From Macrostomum lignano (taxonomy: Eukaryota), in contig NIVC01002123.1 in the NCBI GenBank assembly GCA_002269645.1, positions 1 through 64,000 on the forward strand: DNA of 64,000 nucleotides, read 5' to 3'. Both the position numbers and the translations under genes were made by a program. Each line of letters opens with the position of its first letter. Position 1 is the first letter of the stretch. The notes under the pieces were generated by a model. It was given only the letters and a program-made list of their open reading frames with translations, searched no databases and was not told the DNA's origin. Below, piece after piece: positions 15,200-27,434 of this stretch.

Positions 15200-16990
15200 T
15201 AATATGGAAGAGTGGTGCTAATCTGGAGGAGTAGTGCTAATCTTGGCAAAGTGTTGCTAATCTGGGCGGAGTGCTAATTATTAGGGGTAGTGGTGCTAAT
15301 CTGGGGGGGGGGAGTCTGGGGGCTCAGTAATGCTAATCTGAGGAGCGGTGCTAATCTGGGGGAGCGGTGTTAATTTTGTATAAAACTGTGCTAATTTTTG
15401 GGAAGTTCTGCTAATTTTTGGGGAGTGGTGCTAATCTGGGGGAGTGGTACTAATCTGGGGAGCGGTGCTAATCCGGGGAAGTGGTGGTAATTTTTGGGGA
15501 GTGGTGCTAATAGTGCTAATCTGGGGGAGTGGTGCTAATCTGGGGGAGTGGTGCTAATCTGGGGGAAGAAGCACAGAACTTACAGTGATGTAAGTTCTGT
15601 GGGAAGAAGTGCTAATCTGGAGGAAGTAGTGCTAATCTGGGGGAAGTAGTGCTAATCTAAGGAAGTGGTGCTACTTTTGGGGGAATGGTGCTAATCCGGG
15701 GAGTGGTGCTAATCTGGGGAAATAGTGCTAATATATAATTTTCTTCTTCTTCTAATATACTAAAAGTCCTACCTTTGTTTGTCTGTTTGTGAATGACGCA
15801 TTTAATACTGAATGCCTCAACCAAATTTGATCGCGTTTTTTTCTAAACTTGCAAAATTCTTCAAGGATTTTACCTTTAAAAATTTAAAATATTTGCTTGG
15901 AGAACTGCAGAATGCTGGGGGGATGAATGAGAATTCTCAAGGGAGCAGTAAAGGCTTCTCTTCGAAAATAGCCGCGTTGTAGAGGCAAAGCAGATGGTGG
16001 GCAATTCGAGTCTGCATTGAAGTAGAAAATTTATCCCCATAACTTGTGACAACATTGATGTCACCTCCAATGCAGATTGACGCAGATTTTTCGAAATGTT
16101 CATTTAATTATTCTGGGACTGCATTAATCTTCTACAGCAGTGCAAGTCTATTGTATGCGCTAATTTTCAGAGACCATTACTGACAAAGTCTTGGCAAAGT
16201 GTTGCAAATCTGAGTGGAGTGCTAATTTAGGGGTAGGGGTGCTAATCTGGGCGGGAGTAGCGCTAATCTGAGGAGCGATGCTAATCTGGGGGGAGAAGTG
16301 CAAATCTGAGGGGGGGGGGAAGTAGTGCTAATCTTGGGGGAAGTAGTGCTAATCTGAGGAGCGTTGCTAATCTGGAGTGCTAATTTAGGGGTAGGGGTGC
16401 TAATCTAGGGGAAGTAAAAAAGTAGTGCTAATCTGAGGAGCGTTGCTAATCTGAGGAGCGTTGCTAATCTGGGGGGAAGTAGTGCTAATCTGAGGAGTAG
16501 TGCTAATCTGGGGGGAAGTAGTGCTAATCTAAGGAGCGTTGCTAATCTGGGGGGAAGTAGTGCTAATCTGAGGAGCGTTGCTAATCTGAGGAGCGTTGCT
16601 AATCTGGAGTGCTAATTTAGGGGTAGGGGTGCTAATCTAGAGGGAAGTAGTGCTAATCTGAGGAGCGGTGCTAATCTGGGGGGAAGTAGTGCTAATCTGA
16701 GGAGCGTTGCTAATCTGAGAAGCGGTGCTAATCTGGGAGGAAGTAGTGCTAATCTGAGGAGCATTGCTAATCTGAGGAGCGGTGCTAAGCTGGGGGGAAG
16801 TAGTGCTAATCTGAGGAGCGGTGCTAATCTGGGGGGAATAGTGCTAATCTGAGGAGCGTTGCTAATCTGAGGAGCGGTGCTAATCTGGGGGGAAGTAGTG
16901 CTAATCTGAGGAGCGGTGCTAATCTGGGGGGGGGTAAATAGTGCTAATCTGAGGAGCGTTGCTAATCTGAGCAGCGGTGCTAATCTTGGA
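15200..16990. repeat. Two degenerate GTGCTAATCTG(GG/AG)G arrays (15200-15730, 16200-16990) within a local duplication
   Basis: Read directly; flanking blocks 14255-14390 and 15898-16030, and 15130-15200 and 16110-16180, are paralogous. Confidence 0.9.
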
Positions 16991-17714
16991 AAAGTGTTGT
17001 TAAGGTGAGTGGTGCTGAGTTTGTTTTTGCAAAAATGAGAAAAAGTAATTTTTGATTAATGGAAATGGTAATTATGGTTACCATTGGACCAAAATAAAAA
17101 CCAATTGGTGTCATTTCTCAGGCCCCCAGCGGGGGGGCTAATGGCTAGTCCTATATACTAAAAATGAAATGTCTGTGTGTATGTGTGAGATAGATTTCAG
17201 AAAAAACGGCTCAACCGATTTTCTTCAAACTTGCACCATTCGATCAGAAATTTTTCTGGGACGGTACATGCATCTTGGCTAAGAAATTGCTCAATGTTAA
17301 AGGGATTAAATATTCGAAAAACATGCTTTTTTGCAAAGGTCAAGCAAAATTTTCGCTTTAAATGCATTGTAAGAATGCTAGAGAAAAAACTGACTGGTTG
17401 AATTCTGATTCTGAAATAGATTGCATCACAGCAAGGTGAAAACAGTGCCGAATAAATGCACACAAGACTTGATTGAAATTGCGTAAACAATATTGCTAAC
17501 TTAAATTGAGACTGATACTGGCTGACTGAGAAATTGATTATGTCATTGATTATGCCACAATTCATGTTCTCCAATTGAAAAGAGATAGCCTAGATGCAAA
17601 CAGACTGGACTGCTAATGTAGCGGACTGGGTTTGAATCTTAGTAGTGCAAAATAATTTTTTTTAAACACTTTAAAACACAAAATGCTAAACATAAAAGAA
17701 GCGCAATGTCAAAT

Positions 17715-18780
17715 ATAAAAGAGCCACCATGCCAAACATAAAAGTGTCACCATGTAAATCATAAAAGAGCCACCATTTCAAACATTAAAGAGCCACCATG
17801 TCAAACATTAAGAGCCACATTGTCAAACACTAAAGAGCCATTATGTCGAACCTAAAAGAGCCACCATGTCAAACCTACAAGAGCCACCATGTTGAACATA
17901 AATGAGCTACCATGTCAAACATTAAAGAGCCACCATGTCCAACATTAAAGAGCCACCATGTAAATCATAAAAGAGCCACCATTTCAAACATTAAAGAGCC
18001 ACCATGTCAAACATTAAGAGCCACATTGTCAAACACTAAAGAGCCATTATGTCGAACCTAAAAGAGCCACCATGTCAAACCTAAAAGAGCCACCATGTTG
18101 AACATAAATGAGCTACCATGTCAAACATTAAAGAGCCACCATGTCAAACATTAAAGAGCCAACATGTCAAAACATAAAAGTGCGACAATGTCAAACATTA
18201 AAGAGCCACCATATCGCACATTAAAGAGCCACCATGTTGAACATAAAAGAGCCAGCATGTCAAACATAAAGGAGCCACAATGTAGAATATTAAACAACCA
18301 CCATGTCAAACATATAAGTGACTTTATGTCAAACATATAAGTGACTTTATGTCAAACAATAAAGAGCCACCATGTCAAACATTAAAGAGCCACCATGTCA
18401 AACATTTAAGAGCCACCGTTTTGAACATTAAAGAGCCACCATTTTGAACATAAAAGAGCCACCATGCCAAACAAAAAAGAGCCATCATGTCAAACATTAA
18501 AGAGCCACCATGTCAAACATTAAAGAGCCACCATGTCAAACAATAAAGAGCCAACATGTCAAAACATAAAAGTGCGACCATGTCAAACCTAAAAGAGCCA
18601 CCATGTCAAACATTAAAGAGCCACCATGTCAAACATAGAAGAGCCACCATGTCAGACATTGGAAGCCACCGTATCAAACATAAAAGAGTTACCATGTAGA
18701 ACAAAAAAGAGCCACAATGTAGAACAAAAAAGAGCCACAATGTAGAACATAAAAGAGCCACCCTGTTAAACATAAAATAT
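17715..18780. repeat. 23-bp degenerate minisatellite (AAAGAGCCACCATGTCAAACATT)
   Basis: Read directly. Confidence 0.93.
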
Positions 18781-18864
18781 ACACAATTTCAAACGTAAAA
18801 GTAAGCGAATTTTAAAGGAGCCGCTATAATGCTAAAGAAATTGTCGCACTAACTACTTATTGTC

Positions 18865-19930
18865 TGGTGGATGCTTGCTATTTGGGGATGCTATCTATCT
18901 TGGGGATGCTTGCTATCTGGGGGATACTTGCTATCTGGGCTATGCTTGCTATCTGGGGGATGCTTGCTATCTGGGGTCTGGGGGATGCTTGCTATCTTGG
19001 GGATGCTTGCTATCTGGGGTTGCTTGCTATCGGGGGTCTGGGGGATGCTTGCTATCTGGGGTTGCTTGCTATCGGGGGTCTGGGGGATGCTTGCTATCTG
19101 GGGTTGCTTGCTATCGGGGGTCTGGGGGATGCTTGCTATCTGGGGGATGCTTGCTATTGGGTGGATGCTTGCTATCTGGGCGATGCTTGCTATCTGGGGG
19201 ATGCTTGCTATCTGGGGTCTGGGGGATGCTTGCTATCTTGGAGATGCTTGCTATCTGGGGTTGCTTGCTATCGGGGGTCTGGGGGATGCTTGCTATCTGG
19301 GGTTGCTTGCTATCGGGGGTCTGGGGGATGCTTGCTATCTGGGGTTGCTTGCTATCGGGGGTCTGGGGGATGCTGGCTATCTGGGGGATGCTTGCTATCT
19401 GGGGTTGCTTGCTATCGGGGGTCTGGGGGATGCTGGCTATCTGGGGGATGCTTGCTATCTGGGGTTGCTTGCTATCGGGTGGATGCTTGCTAACTGGGGG
19501 ATGCTTGTCATCTAGGTTGCTTGCTATCGGGTGGATGCTTGCTATCTGGGGGATGCTTGCTATCTGGGGGATGCTTGCTATCTGGGGATGCTTGCTATCT
19601 GGGGGATGCTTGCTATCTGGGGGATGCTTGCTATCTGGGGGATGCTTGCTATCTGGGGTCTGGGGGATGCTTGCTATCTGGGGGATGCTTGCTATCTAGG
19701 GATGCTTGCTATCTGGGGATGCTTGCTATCTGGGGGATGCTTGCTATCTGGGGGATGCTTGCTATCTGGGGGATGCTTGCTATCTGGGGGATGCTTGCTA
19801 TCTGGGGGATGCTTGCTATCTGGGGGATGCTTGCTATCTGGGGATGCTTGCTATCTGGGGGATGCTTGCTATCTGGGGGATGCTTGCTATCTGGGGGATG
19901 CTTGCTATCTGGGGGATGCTTGCTGTCTTG
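18865..19930. repeat. 17-18-bp G-rich minisatellite (GGGGGATGCTTGCTATCT)
   Basis: Read directly; ends ~95 bp before the otopetrin acceptor; explains GDACYL/WGMLAI ORFs. Confidence 0.95.
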
Positions 19931-20025
19931 GGATGATTTCTTTTTGCATTGCACTTCATTTGAGTATTTTGTCTGTTTTCTTTGTGAAGGCTTTATTTCG
20001 CTATTTTTTTGTTACTTACTTGTAG

Positions 20026-21511
20026 AGAACAGAGATTCTATATAGATGTCCCCCAACGGGGGGCGAAGATTGCTAGTTCTATTCTAAACCTCGTTTTAAA
20101 GGTGCTGGGAATCGTCTGCGGTGCAATGGAAATCCGATTCGTGGATTCGTCAGGACTGGACTACACTCCACACGGCATTGTCATGGTCATTAGACACGCG
20201 TTTTTATTCGTCTTTACTGTGCTGCAAACGCGCTTCTCTCTAAAGTACTGCAAAGCGTCCATTCAGCTCAGGCTTGGCAGGTCCTGGCTGCTTCTCTCTA
20301 TTGTGATGGCAGTGAATATTGGCGTGTGGTTCACCACAGTGGGCTTTGAGCTGCAGGATATCGGCAGACCGGACAAAGCAATCGCTAATGGCACCTATTG
20401 CTACGATAAAAATATAGACAAAATCATGAATTTCTTGTACCCCTTCGAAATAGAATACTGCGTCATGTCATCTATAATGGCCTACATGCTGATGTCCAAC
20501 ATGGGCAGGCTGGGGGAATTCCTGCACAGTCAGGTCCGCTCGGGGCTCCTTGACTCGCAAGAAATCGTTCGCAGAGTCAGGCGCATCATGCTGCGGAGTG
20601 GAGGCGCGCAAGGCGGCAGTCACGAAGATCAGGCGCAGTCGCTGTCCGAATTCGGTTCGATCAGAAAGCACTCATGGGTGATCTTGTTTGGCGTTCTGAC
20701 TGTGGTGGCTTCTCTAGCCGTCGTTGCATTCGTCCACTTCGACGAAAATAATCCAGTCCTCAGAATTCTGTTCTTCTCGCTGCAAATGGTGTTGCAATCA
20801 GTTTCTATGCTGGTTCTCGCCGTGCTTTTCTGCTATTTTCGAGTCGATAAGAACCGACGCATCGGCTCCGACAATCTGGTCGACCGGCTGCTTCTGTGGC
20901 TTGGCGTCATCGCTATTGTAGGCAACAACGCTCATAATATTTGGAAAAATGTTAATCAAATTGAAAATGAACTGCCAGTTGATTTTGCGTCAAATCACAC
21001 GGAGGTGAGGATTGAGCTCTCTGAAAACTTTTTCGGCGCCTTTCAGTCAGTTTTGCAAGCGGTGTTCCTGGAGCTGATGCTCGTTGGCTCGTTCACGCTG
21101 GACAACAAACTGCACGAGGCGTTGAAAAGGTTTTTAGGCCGATGCTTTTCAAGCGGGACCCAACCTGAAGAAGCGCAACGCCACCGTCTACGGAATTTTG
21201 TCATTGCCATGCTGAACTTTCTGATTCTGCTCAACTTTTCCGAGTGGGTCCTAAGCGCCCTCTGCTTTCTGTTATTTTTTCAAAGAGAAGAAGACAAACA
21301 CGACAGTTTGTCTCTAATGCTCATGCCGCTGAAGGTTTTCTACAGGTTTCACTCGATCATGAGCATTCAGGACTTTAAGAAGCATCATCTGAGAGTGGAG
21401 ACTGCACGGAACTGTATAGCCGGAGGTGAGTCGGACGGTGAAGCGGGACCTGACGCCGTGCTGATCCATTTCACTGATATTGAAAATGGCGAACTTGAAA
21501 CCAATGGGTAA
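20026..21511 (+). CDS. OTOP: Otopetrin-family proton channel, large exon covering roughly TM3-TM12
   Basis: Motifs LQTRF, AVNIGVW, FLYPFEIEY, LLNFSEW, MPLKVFYRFHS; pyrimidine-rich phase-2 acceptor TTACTTGTAG at 20025; no ATG or TM1-2 in this exon. Confidence 0.88.
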
Positions 21512-22785
21512 ATTAATTTTTAGACTGATTTTTAAGCCATTGCGAGAGGATGGCAATAAGACTATTGTCTGTCCTTTTATCTTTGTTTGCATGCTGGTAG
21601 GCTTTACGTCGCTGACCCTGCATATCCGCCTGTGCAATGCAAAAGCAGCAGCCCAGGGGTCGGGCAAGGAGTTGGAACAAAGGGTTCGGGCAGAAGCATT
21701 GAGGCATCTCATCCAGGTCCATTCCAGGGCTCCCACAGCCTCCCAGGGGATAAAATGACGATGAGATCGGGATTTTATGGTTGACTTATCGATTTCAGTC
21801 GGTCCCAAGCTGAACTTCGGGGCTCCATTCAAGTGTTTAGGCTGAGATAAATTAAGTACATTCACTAAAGTGCATGGCCACATACTGTACTTAAGTAGTC
21901 TAAAGTAAAAATTAGTGATGGAGTTAAGGGTGCTTTCGTTAGTTTGCGATATTGGAAACCTATTTAACTTTGCACTAAACAGATTTACATGCACCGCAAG
22001 TTGAGTTTTTCCGAATCAGCGTCTTTTTTTTTTTTTAGTCATAAAATATAACTTTGATAGCTGTCTCTAATTAATCCAATAAATATATATTAATCAAGCT
22101 TTATACAATACTCGTATTCAGTGGTTAGAAAATAAGCAACAGATTTTTTTGCGGATCGCAGCTTGTCTTTTAATTACCTGCATGATTATTTTGATTTTTG
22201 CAAAGCTTCATTTGGTTCCTTCTCGTACCACTTTGAATCCATAATACCCCCATTTATTATTGTACACCAAAGCGCGTGTTTAGAGGCTTTCTTAGAAATT
22301 TTTTAATATTTTTAAAGTAATAACAAATTATACAATTTTGTCGAGCACACAGTTTCTTGTGCGTTCATTTATTCCAGAATGTTCAAAGTGATATTTTTTA
22401 AAAAATTCATTCGTACTGATTATACTGCTCCCACAAATAAATAAATTTAACAGAAATAGGTCGGTCACATTCGGCTGAGGACTTCCGTTTCATCTCTTCA
22501 AAATAAAAAATGATCGCAAAATTTTTTTATGTTGCAAAAATTCATGTACTTAGGTAAAGTATACTTAGTTGGAATAGACTTGCTAATCTACAGAGGCTGA
22601 CCGTACAGTCACAGGTCGAAAGCTCTGACTGACCAATCATCTATCAGGTGAAACAGCGGGTCAATTGTTACAATTAAGTTTAACATTCTCTTCTTATTAC
22701 GTAAGTTCTTATTTTCGAACTGCATTGCATTGTGTTGAAGTTGGGCCCGTCGGCAGCTGACGAACTTGGGTGGGACCCGCCGCTG

Positions 22786-23982
22786 CTATGCAGGACTGGC
22801 GCTGCTGGCCTCCCACATTAGCGTTCTTGGAGTGTCCATTACAGTAGCGCCCTGCAGCTCGCTATTGGCTAGTAGAGCAGAGTCAGTCCGGTCTGTCCTG
22901 GTGCCGACCAGCTGCAAGTTGCCGCGCTTCAAGCAGGACGCGAGTCCAGAGCATCTGGGGCAGAAGTTGCAGCAGCAGGTGCCAGCAATCGCAGCCGAAG
23001 CGAGCAGGACGCAGAGCAGTGGCATCAACCAGTAGTTTCTATCAGTCAGCTTGACTTCCAGCATTTGAGCATCGTTGTTGCGATCTGCAGTCTTCTCTGG
23101 CGCTCTGTCAGTTCTGTTGTTGTCCAAAAAAGCGTCTGCAGAACTCAGCCGGGTCCGGTCTGCATCGGTCGTTGCGAATCTTCGTGGCCACTGATTTCGC
23201 TCAGCTGATTTGGTATCACCTTGCCATCAGGTTGGTCTGTCAAAAAATGAATAAAAGACAGCTTTCTAGATGGAAGTTAGTTAGGCTGCACTTTGAATTT
23301 CTTTTTGTTTCTATAAATAGCTCGTGCAGGTGCGGGTAATTTCCACGGGTTTTCCTTAGAAATATGGAACTATTTTTTAAATCTGAATTTTAATTGGAAT
23401 TCTCTTATTATAATGATTTAGGCTACTTTAAACTTCGCTAAATCAGATCTAGTACGCTGACGATTAAACAGAATTGGGCCTTGCGGCTAAGGGACACAAC
23501 TCTTTCACGGAAATTCCATGGAATTTTCATGCCAACATGGAACCGTGAGCTAGAAATGCTTTATCTCTGATGCACGGAAATTAATCAAGATAATCAGAAA
23601 AGTCTTCTTAGAATTGTCTGGATCTGGGCCTCTTAAATTTTAGAGTGGTTGTTCTTGCTTTCAGAAGAGGGACTTTAATATCTGCTTTCGGCTTTGCACT
23701 ACTCCTGACATCTAATCAAGTTTATACAGAAAATTCGTCATTAAAGAATGGCGACCTCACCCGAGACGGTAGTCGCGCGGCCTGACGGGTTCGCACATTC
23801 TGGGTGCGCCAGAGAAAACGACTTTAAGAACGCGACAGAGCGGACGTGGGACCTGGACAGGCAAGGCAAAGCCCTGAGTTGGTGTCAGGGTATTCTCCAG
23901 GCTGGCAGTCGCTGACGGGAGTGCAGTCCGCGGCAAGGAGGACCGTCAGAGCCACAGCCAAGTGCAGCACGAAGTGCTTCAT
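22786..23982 (-). pseudogene. Cluster gene A: single-CRD TNFR-like type I membrane protein (frameshifted as assembled)
   Basis: Exon 1 23761-23982: MKHFVLHLAVALTVLLAA..DCQPGEYPDTNSGLCLACPGP-(+1 nt)-HVRSVAFLKSFSLAHPEC..TTVSG|GTGAG; exon 2 starts at 23219 or 23236 (ambiguous), TM YWLMPLLCVLLASAAIAGTCCC. Confidence 0.7.
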
Positions 23983-24606
23983 ATTGTCTTGCGCATTGCT
24001 TTCAGACAGGTTTATCAAAAATGCGCTGCGACATTGGGCCTTTTCATATTACCAATTCCATAACCAGAATCGGTTCGGAATTCCAAGAAAAACAGCAGTA
24101 TAACTATTAAACTCTGTTAATATTTGACTGCCTTAACAACCTAACTTAGCACGATTTTTCACTTTCTTCTTGGCGATTGTCATTCAATAATAAAAACTTT
24201 ATAGCACGTATCTCCCTCTAGTTATGGAGACAAAAAGTTATACTTCACAAATTGGTTCTGGTTCTGGAACCAGAACAAGCAATATGAAAAGGCCCATAGA
24301 GCTGGGCGGGGTACAGATACAGAAGAATGAATAAGGGGAATCTACGGAAAAACCATGGAATGAACGGACGGAATCTAAAAATAGACATTAGCAATCTTGC
24401 TATTTTTAGATTTTGTACACTTGGACAATTCAGAACTTACAATAAATAATTTTTCTAGAGGTGAAAGACCGTGCAAATCAGAAAGGGAATGCTGGCCTTA
24501 TATACACCAGTAACATAATTCGGGATTTTGGAAAGCGAGCTCATTAATTTGACATTCCAGCTATGGAGAGCCCAGCATGGAGATCAAACCCTCCACAGCA
24601 ATGTTT

Positions 24607-25871
24607 TTATACGACAGAAACGCGGGGCTGAGTCTCGACTATCGGCATCTGGGGGCTGGTGGTGCTCTTCAGCCCCACCAGCAGCGCCCGAGCTTCCGGC
24701 TCACTGGCGGGCGCCACTGCAGCCTCCGAAGTGTCGGCTTTGCTGTCGCATGCGAGCATCTTGCGACACACCGCAGGGCGCAGTGCAGATGCGATGCCGC
24801 ATCCAGCCAGCAGCAGCAGCAGTAGGGACAATGCCACCAATACTACAGCAGCCCATGATGGCAGTGTCTGTGCCGGGTTCTCGGTGGACGAGCTCACAGT
24901 CGACAGTTTTGAGTCTGCTGGGCTCGAGGCTGCAGACAATTGTATTCAGACTTTTCGATTAGTTTAGTTGTATTGTAAATAAAGTCAAGTCAGAACTTTA
25001 TTGTGACACAGTAAAGCACAACCAACATTGCAGGCTAAAATGCCTGTTTTATAGAGAAACTGTTTATTTTCGATCGTCTGGCTCACCCATCCCCACCCCG
25101 CGCTAGCAAAGTACATTCAGCGAGAGAGTGAGGGCATCAAAACAACTTAACCCAGCACCCGCCCCCGGCGCGCACGCAGGCAAATTTACCACTGCACATA
25201 TTGCATGTGTACTCAGCAACACCGAAAAGTCGCCACCACAGAAGATTCCATCTGTGGGTCGCCACTTTTGAGAATGCAAGTAAAGAGTCTCTTAATCTTT
25301 GCGAGAGACGCAGCTCAGCTACGCCGCGGCAGACTTGAGTTGAGGAATGATGAAGTGGGGGGAGCGGTGTGCGAGGGTTGGACGGATTAAAGCTACCCCG
25401 ATCAGTTTTCTCGTATCGATTATTCCAGAATAGTCCATGAGAAATTGCTCACTGGCGCATAGAGTGGCGACTGTTCAATGTTGCTGAGTATAAATACAGC
25501 AATATGATTATTGCTGTGCACGCATGCAGTTTCTACTCACCGTCAGACCTTACGGTGCTTGCAATCCAGTCTTTAAGAGAGGCTGTGAAACCAGCTGTAC
25601 CCGTTGAGTCACTGAATGACGGCGACGGCGTGAATGCAGTTGACGTGATTGACGCAGAAGTTGCTGCTGATTTGTCCTTACATCCGGGATGCAACTCCAA
25701 GAAATCAGTTTTGAAGTCCGAAGCGGGGAGCTCAGGGCAGGTGGCGCAGCCAATGCCAGCCAACTCGTACTGGCCTGCGGGGCAGTTCAGCTTGCTGGCT
25801 AGGGCTGCTCCCACCGCCGGCCACAGCGTCAGCAGGACAATCAAAGTGGACGGAGCGATAGCAGAACGCAT
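24607..25871 (-). CDS. Cluster gene B: single-CRD TNFR-like receptor, 217 aa (exons 25541-25871, 24607-24929)
   Basis: Signal peptide, CPAGQYELAGIGCATCP..FKTDFLELHPGC, S/T stalk, TM WAAVVLVALSLLLLLLAGCGIA, ends RVSVV; phase-1 GTGAG..TCTGCAG intron is in frame. Confidence 0.85.
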
Positions 25872-25987
25872 GTTAGTGCAATACTAGCGGCTTCCGCTGC
25901 AAAAGATACCCATCAATCTACACGCAAGCAATCCATTTGGAAGAAGTTATTGCTATAAAACTTTAGGGTCAGTCCACGTTTTATCCA

Positions 25988-25997
25988 GGGAATTCCC
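25988..25997. promoter_or_regulatory. Perfect palindromic kappaB-type site GGGAATTCCC ~120 bp upstream of gene B
   Basis: Matches the GGGRNNYYCC consensus; function inferred. Confidence 0.4.
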
Positions 25998-27434
25998 AAG
26001 GACCGCCCACAGAAGTTCCGAGATAAAAAATAAATGTACATCTGGTCTACGATATTACAAGCGTACATAGTCCAGCTGTGTACATTGGGTGTACACTGGG
26101 TGAACCAGTTCAGAAAACAGCCCGAAAGCCTCTTCAGACGAAAGCTCATGAAAGCAACAATAAGATTGTTTATTATGACAACCAATGGAAACAGAAATTA
26201 AGCAAATATCTTAATTTGAAACTGCAGCGAAATCGGAAAATCGCCAACGAGGCAGAACGCAGCCCTTAAAACACTGCGGCTGGGTGAGGCCTACGATCTC
26301 AAACCAGCTCTAACCCCCACAGAGCATGAGCACCAAGCAAGCGTGCGAGGCGGAGTAATCACTAAAGCCGGTTTGCAAAGTTGTAAACCAAGTCATTAGT
26401 GAATCAGTCCAGGGGACAACGAGCAATTGGCTGAGCAATGACAGCACGCAAAAGCCTCGAAACCAGGGGTCTGCAAATTCCGTCCATCGGGCCACCTGCA
26501 GCCCGGAAGTTTCCCTATCCGGTCCTGGGGTCCTTTGAAACTTCAAAATAGCAATTCGGCCCGCTCAAGGTTTGTGTTTCTTCTCGGCTCTCTGTTTGGT
26601 TCTTTCCGCTCTCCCTTCTCCTCTCATCTCTCCCCTCACCTCGTCTCCTCTCTTCTGTCATCTCTTCTTCGTCCTCTCCCTCCCCTCTCCTTTACTCACT
26701 CATCTGGCTCGCAGCAGATTTAGATTATTTTTCTGGTCCTTGAGATAAAAATTTTTCCGATCTTTGCTCCAAGTCCAAACCGAAGCAAACAAAGAGAGGG
26801 AGTCAACAGCAGCGTCTTTCACTTTAAATACAACTCTACCTGATCGGTCAACTGACTGGGTAACGCCTGCGTCTTGCTGCTTCTGCTTCAGCTCGGGCAC
26901 CACAGCGGGCTCCTGCAGCACAGCCTTCTCTGACCAAAACTGACCACAGGTAAATGAGCATTTTAATTTATAAAACTTTTCTGAAGCAAGTCATGTATGA
27001 TTTTGGCGAAGTGACTTTTCTAAAAAACGGCCTGTATTTTACACAATTTTACACACTTCATAGGGTAATATGTGCGATGCCAGACAATTGTAAAACGGTA
27101 TTTTACAGCGTAACAGGGGCAAAGTTCGGAGCATACAGGCGATTAAAGTGCTTGTGTTCGCATATTTTTTTGCTATCCATAGCTGATTGGATCACTGGAT
27201 CATCTCTGTAGAAAGTTCCATTTTCAGATAGATCGTATTTTCGCTTCATCACAGGGTGAAACTCGAATCCGCTCGCGCTTCGTCAACTCCCCGATGTCGC
27301 GTCAGAAACTCTGAATCGTCTGGCACTGGACTTCCGGTTGGATTTTCAAAAAGCAGCAGTCAGGTGGAGCCGTAACGAGTGTGAAGTATCTGGAAGTTTC
27401 GTCTATAGACGGTATCTATCTAGTTAGCCACTGC

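Noticed and set aside
18860-20045. GDACYL/WGMLAI ORFs
   Set aside because: Translations of the 18-bp array in all frames.
21480-21758. 92-aa ORF with a hydrophobic stretch overlapping the otopetrin end
   Set aside because: Different frame, no recognisable motif or splice support; cannot be distinguished from 3' UTR.
26310-26921. Short ORFs between genes B and C as a possible fifth paralog
   Set aside because: No C-x2-G-x-Y motif, no signal peptide and no convincing TM/tail match.
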